Origin: an uncultured Chloroflexia bacterium
GTDB taxonomy: Bacteria; Chloroflexota; Limnocylindria; Limnocylindrales; CSP1-4
DNA length: 64,000 bases
NCBI GenBank assembly: GCA_963766735.1
Contig: CAVYBU010000030.1
Location: forward strand, 246,707-310,706
Direction of reading: 5' to 3'
This document shows positions 1-9,328 of this stretch, in pieces; the stretch's first letter is position 1; each line of letters begins with the position of its first letter. Position numbers and translations under genes: made by a program. The notes under the pieces were generated by a model. That model had not been told where the DNA came from and did not search any database. It saw nothing but the letters and a program-made list of their open reading frames with translations.

Positions 1-226
1 GACGCGGGTACTGGTTTCTCTCTACGTGTCCCGGGGTTCACCGCCATTGGTGACAGGAGGCACCGGATGTACGGAGGGCCGAACCCGTACCCCGGTCCGG
101 GCTGGCACGGATGGCAGCGTGGCGGGTTCGGGGCAAGGTGAGGCAAGTCATCGGGCGTCGAGCGCCGGGGGGTGCCCGGGTGACACGGGGCGCCCGCCCG
201 GCTCCAGACCGACAGTTACCAGGGGC

Positions 227-781
227 ATGGAAACGACGGTCCCGAACAACTTCCCTGACGAGAGCGCCAAGGCGTCCAGCGATCTTGCCCGGCGCACGAG
301 TCGCCGCCCCCGCCTCTCGACAGGCCTTGTCGTCGCGGCCGGTGTCGCGGTCCTGGCGGCCGGCATCGGCTTCCGGATGAGCGACATACATGTCCAGACG
401 GTCCTGTCCGGTTCGATGCGACCCACCATCTCGCCGGGCGACCTCGCGATCACCCAGGCCGTCCCGGTTGGTTCCGTTCAGGTGGGTGACGTCATCGTGT
501 TCGCGCCGCCGGACGGCACGAAGCCGGTTCTCCACCGGGTCGCGTCGCGTGAGGGGGACGTCCTCACGACGAAGGGTGACGCGAACAGTGTCGCCGACCC
601 TTGGCGCATCACGCTTGCAGGCACGACCGGCTACCGGCTGGTGTTCGTCGTGCCCTTCCTCGGCTGGCTGACCCAGCTGCGAGGCATCGCCCTCATTGGC
701 GCCGGGCTGATCGTGGCCCTGCTCATCCTCCTTGAAATTCGAAAGGGGGTGGGGTCCCGTCGATCCCAAGTCGCGTCCTGA
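227..781 (+). CDS. sipW: Signal peptidase I, SipW/S26B (ER-type) family
   Basis: N-terminal TM, then VLSGSM (catalytic Ser), VLHRV (catalytic His), TKGDAN..D and a C-terminal TM. ATG 227 is preferred over the ORF-track start at 26. Confidence 0.85.
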   Translation: METTVPNNFPDESAKASSDLARRTSRRPRLSTGLVVAAGVAVLAAGIGFRMSDIHVQTVLSGSMRPTISPGDLAITQAVPVGSVQVGDVIVFAPPDGTKPVLHRVASREGDVLTTKGDANSVADPWRITLAGTTGYRLVFVVPFLGWLTQLRGIALIGAGLIVALLILLEIRKGVGSRRSQVAS

Positions 782-826
782 GTTGCCCATGTGCCCAATA
801 GCGCGTCCCCAGGAGAGTGACAAACC

Positions 827-1696
827 ATGACTCTGCGCAAGCTCGCCGGACTCCTCGCGGCGTTCGGCCTCACCGTCGGACTTATCGGAGGCGGCGTCGG
901 TGCCGTCTTCCAGGACCAGGTCACCGCAACCGAGGAAATCAGCGTCGGTGACGTCGCGTGCGAGATCACCAGTGCGAGTCCTGCGGGCCCGGACATGGTG
1001 ATCGCCGATGGCGGGAAATCCGTGACCTACACGCCTCCCATGATCACCAGCTCCGCAGCCAACGCTACCGGTCTCAAGTTCGACTTCACCGTGCAGAACA
1101 CGGGCACCATCCCGGCGAACTTCACGGTCAATTCGCCTGACACCCAGGGATCGCAGTTCGCGACCCATGCGCCTGCGCCCAGCGGTCCCAACCCAGTCGC
1201 ACCCGGTGCCTCGATCATCTACACGGGCGCCGGCGTCACCTGGGACGACCTCACGACTGAAGCAGGCATGAGCTACTCGTTCACGTGGACCGTGAACTGC
1301 GGCGAGGTGCCGCCCGTTCGACTTTGGAGCGCGGGGATCGCCGGTCCGGTTGACGCCGTGTTCCCCAGCACGATGGCAGCCAATGAGGCCAATGACCTCC
1401 CCTACGCAACGGTCAATGACTCCACGATCACGTTCCAGAGCGTGACTCAAATCGCCGCCATGTGCATGGAGTACCGCTTCAACGACAACTCGCCCGACCA
1501 GAAGGTGTCCGACACCAACTACAACACGCTCGTCACCGACGGCCTGTGGCCGTTCCGGTGCTTCGGGTCAGGCTACAATTCGCCGTTTGCGACTGTCGCG
1601 ATCCCGGACTGGGCCACGACCATCGAGGTCCGTCATTCGTTCGGCGGCGAGAGTGATTGGCGGTTCGGCTGGACTCGCTTCAACCTCCTGCCGTAA
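827..1696 (+). CDS. TasA/CalY-like secreted protein with SipW-cognate signal peptide (putative filament subunit)
   Basis: MTLRKLAG..LIGGGVGA|VFQDQVTATEEISVG matches the G-x-x-A|x-F-x-D SipW-substrate pattern. FTVQNTGTIPA is a TasA-like strand. RBS aggag; directly follows sipW. Confidence 0.75.
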   Translation: MTLRKLAGLLAAFGLTVGLIGGGVGAVFQDQVTATEEISVGDVACEITSASPAGPDMVIADGGKSVTYTPPMITSSAANATGLKFDFTVQNTGTIPANFTVNSPDTQGSQFATHAPAPSGPNPVAPGASIIYTGAGVTWDDLTTEAGMSYSFTWTVNCGEVPPVRLWSAGIAGPVDAVFPSTMAANEANDLPYATVNDSTITFQSVTQIAAMCMEYRFNDNSPDQKVSDTNYNTLVTDGLWPFRCFGSGYNSPFATVAIPDWATTIEVRHSFGGESDWRFGWTRFNLLP

Positions 1697-1728
1697 CGGC
1701 ATCAATCCGGGCGGCATTCGGGGGACGC

Positions 1729-1844
1729 CGCTGGTAGACGGCTTGTCCACAGAAGAGCCCAGCCCGGCGTGCGTTCACACCGGGCTGGGTGACCCGTTCG
1801 GTTCTCGGTCGTCGACCCGACGACGTCGGAACGATCCACCAGCG
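1729..1844 (+). promoter_or_regulatory. Structured intergenic RNA (multi-branch hairpins)
   Basis: Inverted repeats 1757-1771/1776-1790, 1808-1814/1818-1824, 1795-1799/1829-1833, closed by cgctggt 1729-1735/accagcg 1838-1844. Confidence 0.5.
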
Positions 1845-1872
1845 TGATCAATCCCAGGAGAGACCGGAGTCA

Positions 1873-4800
1873 ATGAGCGGCACCCAGGTCCTGAGGCGCG
1901 TCCGCGGTACCGCCGCGGGCGCCTCAGCGCGCCTGGTAACGCCGCTGCCGCGACGCGGTCGCGCCTGGCGTCATGTCTTCGCCGCGATCAACTTGGTGCT
2001 CGTCACCGCGATCGCGGCCATCGTGCTCCTAGACCTCGGGATCGCCGGCAACCCGTGGTACCGCATCGTCGGGATCACGGGTGGTTCCATGGAGCCGGCA
2101 ATCAGTCGCGGTGACCTGATCGTGATCGCGCCCGCTCCTCCTACGGTCGAGCCGGGCATGGTCCTCCTGATGTCCGTCGGCGGCAAGGTCATCACGCATC
2201 GCGTGGCCGCCGTCAACGCCGACGGGTCGTTCGTGACCCGCGGTGACGCGAACAGGGTGACCGACGCCTGGTCGGGCCGACCGATCCGCGTCAACGGCCT
2301 GTACGTCGCCACCATCCCCTGGCTCGGCCACATCCTGCCGATCAAGAGCGGCTCCGGCGCGTCCTTTGCCGATAACTCCAGCGCCGCGATGAACATCACC
2401 GTGGGCCCCTGGGCCACCGGGGTTGCTGCCACGCCGACGCAGGAGCCCCCGGCGAACGCAGCCGGCTGGAACAGCACCGACGTCGTCGTGACCTGGAACT
2501 GGTCCGACACGGGTGCGGGGATCGACCCCGCCACGTGCACGACGAGCAGCACCTCCAGCGGCGAGGGCGCACTGGCCCTCACGGCCTCGTGCACGGACAA
2601 GGCCGGCGTCACCGGCAGCGCCTCCTACGCCGTGAACGTCGACAAGACGCCGCCCGCGGTGACGATCGACGGCCACCCGAACGACACAGGCGGCTCGACA
2701 ACGGCCGCGTTCACGTTCGAGGCTGACGACATTGGCGGCAGCGGGCTCGACGCGCTCAGCTGCATGCTCGATGCGGGGCCGGCCACCACGTGCGACACCC
2801 CCATGTCGCAACGCTATACCGGGCTTTCAGACGGCCCCCACACGTTCACCGTCACCGCGACCGACAGGGCCGGAAACCCCGGCCCGGCGACCTTCACCTG
2901 GTCCGTTGACGCGGTCGGGCCGGTCATCGCCCCGCATGATCCCGTGGCCGCCGAGGCCACCGGGCCGACGGGGGCGCTCGTCACGTACACCGAACCCACG
3001 ACCAGCGACGCAAATGACGGCCCCGGAGTCGCGACGTGCGTTCCGGCCACGGGCAGCCTGTTCGCCCTCGGCCCGACGACGGTGGCCTGCGACGCCACCG
3101 ACGCTGCCGGCAACGCTGCCTCCCAGACCAGCTTCGTGATCACCGTCGTCGATACGACCGGCCCTGCCTTCGCGGCCCCGGCCGACCAGGAGATCCCGTC
3201 GACCGGGCCGGAGGGCGCGGTCTCCACCTGGCCAGATCCGACGGCCACCGACGCGGTTGACGGCACCGACCCCGTGCACTGCCTGCCCGCCTCGGGCTCC
3301 ACGTTCCCGGTTGGCTCGACCACCGTGACGTGTACCTCGACCGACGCGGCATCCAACACCACGACCCACACGTTCTCGGTCACCGTCGTCTCGGACGCGC
3401 CGACCGCCGCGCCGGTCATCGAGCCGCATGGCGACGTTACGGCCGAGGCCACGGGTCCCGAGGGCGCCCAGGTGACGTACGACCCGCCCACGACAAGCGA
3501 TGAGCAGGACGGATCCGGCGTCGCGACCTGCGGCCCGGCCTCCGGCAGCCTGTTCCCTCTTGGGTCTACGACCATCCTTTGCGATGCCGTCGATTCCGAC
3601 GCGAACCATGCCGCGCAGACCCAGTTCAACGTCACGGTTCGCGACACCACGCCCCCCACCTTCGCGGCCCCGGCCGACCAGGAGATCCCGTCGACCGGGC
3701 CGGAGGGCGCGGTCTCCACCTGGCCAGATCCGACGGCCACCGACGCGGTTGACGGCACCGACCCCGTGCACTGCCTGCCCGCCTCGGGCTCCACGTTCCC
3801 GGTTGGCTCGACCACCGTGACGTGTACCTCGACCGACGCGGCATCCAACACCACGACCCACACGTTCTCGGTCACCGTCGTCTCGGACGCGCCGACCGCC
3901 GCGCCGACGCAGGCGCCGGCCGCGAACGGCAACGGCTGGAACAACGCCGACGTCGTCGTGACCTGGCACTGGTCCAGCGCCGGGTCGACGATTGACGCGG
4001 CCCAATGCACGGCCAGCTCCACGTCGAGCGGCGAGGGCACGCTCACCCTCACGGCCACGTGTGCGAACGTGGCCGGCAACGCCGGCACCGCCACGTACGC
4101 CGTGAAGGTCGACAAGACGAAGCCCGCGGTCGCGATCACGGGCCAACCCACCAGCCCGAGCAGCTCGGGCTCGGCCTCGTTCACCTTCAGCGCCACGGAC
4201 GCCGGCAGCGGCATCGACACCGTCAGCTGCAAGCTCGACGCCGGCCCCGCTGCTCCGTGCGACACCGCGACCTCTCATGGCTACACGGGCCTCGACGCCG
4301 GCTCGCACACGTTCACGGTCATCGCCACGGACCTGGCCGGCAACGACAGCCAGGCGACCTTCACCTGGTGCATCAAGACCGCGGGGCCATCGGTCACGGT
4401 CGACCACGAAGTCGACGGGTCCAACGGCTGGAACCGGTCGTCCCCCGTCGCCCTTGTCATCACGGTCACGCCAGCCACCGCGCCGGTCACGGCCCCGCCG
4501 GTCTGCACCGACAACGGCCAGCCGTTCTCGCTCACCGGCCAGGCATCGCCGTACGCGGCCACGGTCACAGGCGATGGTACGCACGAGATCAGGTGCAAGG
4601 TCACCGACACGGCTGGCGTCTCGGCCACCGGCACCGACCCCGTCAAGATCGACACGACACCGCCCAAGGTCACGGTCCCGGCCGACATCGACGTCGGATC
4701 GGTTGACAAGGACGGGGTGGCCGTCAGCTACGCCGCGACGTTCGGTGACGCCACCAGCGGCCTGGCGAAGAAGGCGTGCACGCCGGCCTCGGGCTCGACG

Positions 4801-5373
4801 TTCCCGATCGGGATCACGACGGTGACGTGCTCGGCGACCGACAAGGCCGGCAACAGCCAGTCGCGGTCATTCACGATCACGGTCAAGATCCAGACGGCGG
4901 TCGAGGCGAGGCAGGCGATCCTCGTGAGCCTCCAGGACGAGCTGGCCTGCACGGCGAGCAAGAACCTGAGGAGCCGACTGTCCGATGCGATCGGGCACGT
5001 CCGCGACAGCCTCGCCGCCAGCCTCTGGGTGGCGACCGGGCGGTTCGCCGACGGCAATCACCTGGATCCCGTCAGCGGCGAGACGGTCTTCGACGCGGAC
5101 AGGGCTGCGGTCGAGGCGCTGACGGGGATCAAGAAGCCGTCGTTCGCCGTCAAGGCGGCGATCGCGGACCTTGCCGCGGCCGACGAGCTGCTTGCCCAGA
5201 CGGCGATCGACGACGCGATTGCCGCGAACGCCGATCCCCGACTCATCAGCGCCGCCCAGGAGCAGATGACCGCCGCCGAGGGCGACGCGGCGAAGGGTCA
5301 CTTCGACCTGGCGATCGACCACCGGAAGTCCGCGTGGAGCGACGTGACGCCTGCGCCTCTGCCCGCCAGTTGA
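1873..5373 (+). CDS. SipW peptidase domain fused to TasA-type N-terminal motif, HYR/Ig-like repeats and a helical C-terminal domain (putative self-processing adhesin)
   Basis: TM, then ITGGSMEP, ITHRV, TRGDAN..D. This is followed by SGSGA|SFADN..NITVG, multiple HYR repeats (C.PASGSTFPVGSTTVTC) and DxTPP-linked Ig-like domains. ATG 1873 follows ggag. Confidence 0.8.
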   Translation: MSGTQVLRRVRGTAAGASARLVTPLPRRGRAWRHVFAAINLVLVTAIAAIVLLDLGIAGNPWYRIVGITGGSMEPAISRGDLIVIAPAPPTVEPGMVLLMSVGGKVITHRVAAVNADGSFVTRGDANRVTDAWSGRPIRVNGLYVATIPWLGHILPIKSGSGASFADNSSAAMNITVGPWATGVAATPTQEPPANAAGWNSTDVVVTWNWSDTGAGIDPATCTTSSTSSGEGALALTASCTDKAGVTGSASYAVNVDKTPPAVTIDGHPNDTGGSTTAAFTFEADDIGGSGLDALSCMLDAGPATTCDTPMSQRYTGLSDGPHTFTVTATDRAGNPGPATFTWSVDAVGPVIAPHDPVAAEATGPTGALVTYTEPTTSDANDGPGVATCVPATGSLFALGPTTVACDATDAAGNAASQTSFVITVVDTTGPAFAAPADQEIPSTGPEGAVSTWPDPTATDAVDGTDPVHCLPASGSTFPVGSTTVTCTSTDAASNTTTHTFSVTVVSDAPTAAPVIEPHGDVTAEATGPEGAQVTYDPPTTSDEQDGSGVATCGPASGSLFPLGSTTILCDAVDSDANHAAQTQFNVTVRDTTPPTFAAPADQEIPSTGPEGAVSTWPDPTATDAVDGTDPVHCLPASGSTFPVGSTTVTCTSTDAASNTTTHTFSVTVVSDAPTAAPTQAPAANGNGWNNADVVVTWHWSSAGSTIDAAQCTASSTSSGEGTLTLTATCANVAGNAGTATYAVKVDKTKPAVAITGQPTSPSSSGSASFTFSATDAGSGIDTVSCKLDAGPAAPCDTATSHGYTGLDAGSHTFTVIATDLAGNDSQATFTWCIKTAGPSVTVDHEVDGSNGWNRSSPVALVITVTPATAPVTAPPVCTDNGQPFSLTGQASPYAATVTGDGTHEIRCKVTDTAGVSATGTDPVKIDTTPPKVTVPADIDVGSVDKDGVAVSYAATFGDATSGLAKKACTPASGSTFPIGITTVTCSATDKAGNSQSRSFTITVKIQTAVEARQAILVSLQDELACTASKNLRSRLSDAIGHVRDSLAASLWVATGRFADGNHLDPVSGETVFDADRAAVEALTGIKKPSFAVKAAIADLAAADELLAQTAIDDAIAANADPRLISAAQEQMTAAEGDAAKGHFDLAIDHRKSAWSDVTPAPLPAS
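3167..3906 (+). repeat. Perfect 248-bp internal duplication (3167-3414 = 3659-3906, period 492) encoding a HYR domain
   Basis: Identical nucleotide and protein blocks (FAAPADQEIPST...SDAPTAAP). Confidence 0.9.
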
Positions 5374-5477
5374 ACGACTGAGGGTTCGAATTCGATGACG
5401 CCTGGGGCTCATTGCGATCGCCCACCCGGTGTGTGAGACCTGTTGGTCGAGAAGCCCTCGTGACACCGAATGATCTA

Positions 5478-5512
5478 TTGACATCCGAGCGAAAGCAATC
5501 GACAATCGATAG
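5478..5512 (+). promoter_or_regulatory. Sigma70-type promoter giving a leaderless mRNA, with overlapping palindromic operator
   Basis: TTGACA 5478-5483, 17-nt spacer, GACAAT 5501-5506, 6 nt, ATG 5513. Inverted atctat/atagat and atcgat elements overlap it. Confidence 0.7.
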
Positions 5513-5989
5513 ATGAACACGCTCGCAGGTCGGCTTCTCCGCGTTGCTCTTGTCGTCCTCCTGCTCGGAACCGTGTTCGTGCAGGTCCTCGTGCCCGTGC
5601 AGGCGACCATGGTGGGAACGAGCATCCCCGAAGTCGCCTACCTCGTCGCCCCGTATTCGACGGCCGCCATCCTCTTCATCGTCTGCGTCCAGGTGGCGCT
5701 GCTGGTCGTCTGGCGGCTGCTGTCCCTGGTCGACGGCGGGGTCATCTTCACCCACCGCGCCCTGCGCTGGGTCGATGTCATCATCACCTGCGCGGTGGTC
5801 GCCACGGTCCTGAGCGCAGCCGTCCTGATCCACATGCTCGGCTTCGTCCCCGGCGGCGGCGGACCGACGATCTACTTCATGCTCGCCTGCATCGCCGGCG
5901 GGCTGGCGTTCGTGCTCCTCATGATCGTCATGCGAGGCCTGCTCGAGTCGGCGATCGCCGACCGCACCGAGCTCGACGAGGTGATCTGA
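5513..5989 (+). CDS. DUF2975 (YoaS-like) membrane protein
   Basis: Four TM segments and C-terminal ..ELDEVI; overlaps the downstream HTH gene, the usual pairing. Confidence 0.85.
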   Translation: MNTLAGRLLRVALVVLLLGTVFVQVLVPVQATMVGTSIPEVAYLVAPYSTAAILFIVCVQVALLVVWRLLSLVDGGVIFTHRALRWVDVIITCAVVATVLSAAVLIHMLGFVPGGGGPTIYFMLACIAGGLAFVLLMIVMRGLLESAIADRTELDEVI

Positions 5990-6204
5990 TGGCCCTCATC
6001 GTCGAGCTCGACGTCATGCTCGCCCGGCGCAAGATGTCCGTGGGCGACTTTGCCAACGCCGTCGGCATCACCCCGGCGAACGTCGCCGTCCTGAAGAACG
6101 GGCGCGCCCGAGCGATCCGGTTCTCCACCCTGGACTCGATCTGCCGGGTGCTCGAGTGCCAGCCGGGTGACATCCTCCGGTGGACCGCCGACCCGCCCGC
6201 CTAG
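5989..6204 (+). CDS. Cro/C1-type HTH regulator (YozG-like)
   Basis: LDVMLARRKMS..VGITPANVAVLKNGRARAIRFSTL..C..L.CQPGD. Confidence 0.9.
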   Translation: MALIVELDVMLARRKMSVGDFANAVGITPANVAVLKNGRARAIRFSTLDSICRVLECQPGDILRWTADPPA

Positions 6205-6391
6205 CGGGAACGCGTTCGATGTCGGCAATCCTCACCATCGTCAACGTCTGCATCGTCCTGGCGCTCGGGCAGTCTGTTCGGCATGACGAGCCCGGCCGAG
6301 TGTCCTTGGCTGGGAGGTCTCCCACGCCCGGTGGCGCAGTTGAGCCGTGAGCGCCGTTGACAGGCCGGGATCTGGAGCAGAAGGTTTAGCC

Positions 6392-6568
6392 ATGATCGAC
6401 GACTGCCCCATGACCGAGGACTGTCCTGGCTACGACCGCGACCGCCGGGTGTGCCTCCTCCGGTCGGTTGACTGCGAGTTCGCGCCCGGTGCCGGCGAGG
6501 CCGCCCTGGTGTTCGAGATGCCCGATGCGCTGACGCCCGACGCTTCCGCAGAGGCAGTGTCGCGATAG
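6392..6568 (+). CDS. Small four-cysteine hypothetical protein
   Basis: 58 aa, C-x5-C-x9-C-x6-C, GC-rich third codon positions, upstream ggag. Confidence 0.45.
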   Translation: MIDDCPMTEDCPGYDRDRRVCLLRSVDCEFAPGAGEAALVFEMPDALTPDASAEAVSR

Positions 6569-6907
6569 GCAGGCAACCGACGGCGCAAGTGCGGCTCGTG
6601 TTCCGCCCTCGTGTCCGCCGCGATCGCTACCGGCTCGGTTCCTGTCCGCCTGGATCGGGACGCCAGCCGCAGCCTCCGCAGTAGCCGCCGGCCTCATGGC
6701 CATAGGCACGGCGACGATGCCTGTCGTATCCAGGCAATGACCCCGCCCGACTCCGCAATCCCGGCGCCGTCTCCGTCGGCCCGGCGCGCCGGCCGGCAGA
6801 GGGACAAGCGACGTGGGCATTTCGGCTCTTGCCGCACCTCTCGATGCGGCGCGAGGATCGTGGCGAGGAACCGCGCTGAGCCACCACCTGCGGTCGCCGC
6901 GTGAACG

Positions 6908-7525
6908 ATGGAAACCCTGGCGATAACGTCGATCACCAACTTCGTCCTGGCCAGCGAGCTCTTCTTCCTGGCCGGCCTGATGGTGAAGACCCCGAAGGCC
7001 CGCTTCTCGGCGGCCTGGTTCTGGGGCGGGGCCATGTTCGCTCTGGCGTCGAGCGCGCTCATCGGCGGCATCGACCATGGCTTCGTCGAGCCGGCCGGGC
7101 TGTCGCGCTACTTCATCCAGCGGCCGAACTGGATCGTTGCGGGCGTGGCGACGTTCTGCATGCTGCTTGCGACGGCGCGGCAGTTCTTCCCACCCCGCTG
7201 GCAGCGGACTGCGCTGATCCTGGGAGCGATCCAGCTCATCGTCTACGTCATCGCCGTCCTGCTGATCGGCGACTTCCGGATCGTCATCGTCAACTACCTG
7301 CCCGTGATGCTCCTCCTGCTGCTGTTGAGCGTCCTCAGGCTGAGGCACGGCACCGGCTCCTGGCAGATGGTCGTGGGCGTCCTCGTGCTCCTGGCCGCCT
7401 CAGCCGTCCAGGTCCTCGGCGTGGACCTGTTCAACCCGGTGGATCGGAACGGCCTGTACCACACGATCTCCATGGTGGGCGTGCTGTTCATGTACTGGGG
7501 TGGACAGCGCCTGAAGGTGTCCTGA
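6908..7525 (+). CDS. Multi-pass membrane protein (DUF6962-like)
   Basis: About 7 TM segments with GGIDHG and N.LYH histidine motifs. Confidence 0.7.
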   Translation: METLAITSITNFVLASELFFLAGLMVKTPKARFSAAWFWGGAMFALASSALIGGIDHGFVEPAGLSRYFIQRPNWIVAGVATFCMLLATARQFFPPRWQRTALILGAIQLIVYVIAVLLIGDFRIVIVNYLPVMLLLLLLSVLRLRHGTGSWQMVVGVLVLLAASAVQVLGVDLFNPVDRNGLYHTISMVGVLFMYWGGQRLKVS

Positions 7526-7765
7526 CCTGGGGTGGTCCGCGGCCCCCGCGGGGCTGGGGGCGACTCGGGCCGCGCGCCTCTCGGATCGTCCCGGCTTGCC
7601 GGCCAGTCGGGGTGCGGGCAGACCGGGGCGCAACAACCTGCCGTCCCCCGCGTCCCATCCTCAGCGGGAGGCTCTGACACGCGGTCCATCACTCACGGCC
7701 GCTGGGACCGCGCCGTGGGACTGGCGAGACCGACCCGCGTGATGGGCGTCCCCAGGGAGTGCGCG

Positions 7766-9231
7766 ATGGTTCCGCGACCTTCAACCGGCCGGCTTATCGT
7801 CGGTCTCACCGCGGCTGCATTGCTGGCCGGGTGCGCCGGCGGCACGACCCCCAGCGAGCGCCCCGCGGCATCGGCCCGGCCGTCGGCCACTCCGGCCGAG
7901 GCGACGCCCAGCGACGCGCGGATCGGCCCGGCCGTCGGCCACTCGGCCGAGGCGACGCCCAGCGAGCGCCCCGCGGCATCGGCCGGCGTCGGCCACTCCG
8001 GCGGGTCGTCCCGACCGCGCCGAGCGCGGGCACGACCCCACCTGCGTCGGCGATCCCGGCCCTCGCGTGGCAGAGCGGGTTGATCCCGTCGATGTTGGAG
8101 GGTTATGGCCCGACGCCTGCCGCCGTCGGCGGCGGAGACGGCGGGTTCGCGGCCGTCGGCCGTCGGGTGTTCCGCGACAACGTTGGGCCGGGCGGCGGGA
8201 CGGCGAGTGCATGGCACTCGGGGGATGGGCTCGCGTGGGAGCCCGCGACGGCCGACGCGGGCCTTGCCGTCGGGGACACCGTCCCCATCGACGACTATCC
8301 CGACATCGGCCTCACCGATGTTGTCTGGGGACCGGCCGGTTTCGTCGCCGTCGGCATGACGGCCGCGCCAGACCCTCGCGGCGGTACGGCACGGACCTCG
8401 AGCGACGGCGAGACGTGGACCCGCGCGAAGCTTCCTGACGCGGCCCATTCCTGGCCGGCGGCGGTGACCTGGAACGGATCGAGCTATGTCATCGTCGGCG
8501 TCGCCCGCGAGGAGGGCACCCCTCGCGCTGCGGCTTGGCTCTCGACCGACGGTCGATCTTGGCGGCGGGTGCCCGACGGCGACGCCTTCGACATCGGCGG
8601 CTATGTCACCTACGCCTCAGCCTACAACTCGGGCGGGCCGGCGGACGTCGTGACGACCTCGGAGGGCTCCCTCGTCGCGGTCGGCAGGACCTGCACCGCC
8701 ACCTCGACCATGGAGGAGCAGTCGACGTGTCGACCGCTCGTGCTGCAGTCCGTCGACGGCGAGGCCTGGACGCGTACCCTCGTTCCCGACGACGCCGACG
8801 TCGTGCTCACCTCGGTCGCGGCGACATCGGGGCGGATCGTCGCGCTTGCCAACGGGGCCGGCGAGGCCGGCGATCACGCACGTCTGCTCCTGTCGGACGA
8901 GGCCGGCTGGCGCCTCGTCGAGCCGGCCGGCGTGCCCGTGCTCGCTCGGATCTCGGCATTCGGCGACGGGTTCCTCGCGGTGTCGACCATCGGCAACCGG
9001 ATCGGGCTCTGGGCGTCGATCGACGGCGAGGCGTGGGCCGAGATGCCGGGCATCCCCCAGCCGACGATCGACCCCGACTGGGGGCCCGAGATGCAGGCGT
9101 TCGGCGACGTGGACATCGCCGTCGCAGGCGACCGCGTCGTGGTCGTCGGCCAGAACGAGGCGGATCCCGTGGGACCCACGGCCTTCTCGATCGTCGGGAC
9201 CTCCTCCGCGACCTCCAGCCGGGCACCCTGA
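7766..9231 (+). CDS. Lipoprotein with Pro/Ala/Ser/Thr linker and Asp-box beta-propeller (frameshifted in the linker repeats)
   Basis: Lipobox LLAGC lies in the 7532-8083 frame. Repeated S-x-D-G-x-x-W boxes lie in the 7759-9231 frame. The frames are joined through indel-bearing repeats at about 7850-8005. Confidence 0.65.
7850..8002 (+). repeat. About three copies of a ~57-bp repeat; the later copies carry small deletions
   Basis: Unit cccagcgagcgccccgcggcatcggcccggccgtcggccactccggccgaggcgacg. Confidence 0.75.
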
Positions 9232-9328
9232 CCGGCACTGCCGCCCCCGGCAACGGACCGTGCGCTCCGCGCGAATGGCCCTTCGCCTCTGCCCTGAAAC
9301 ACCAGGCGGGGCATAGCGTCACATCGGC

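Noticed and set aside
6219-6350. 43-codon ORF with a hydrophobic N-terminus (MSAILTIVNVCIVLALGQ...)
   Set aside because: Too short and no clear RBS; may be a remnant of a membrane-protein 3' end, which I cannot support without a search.
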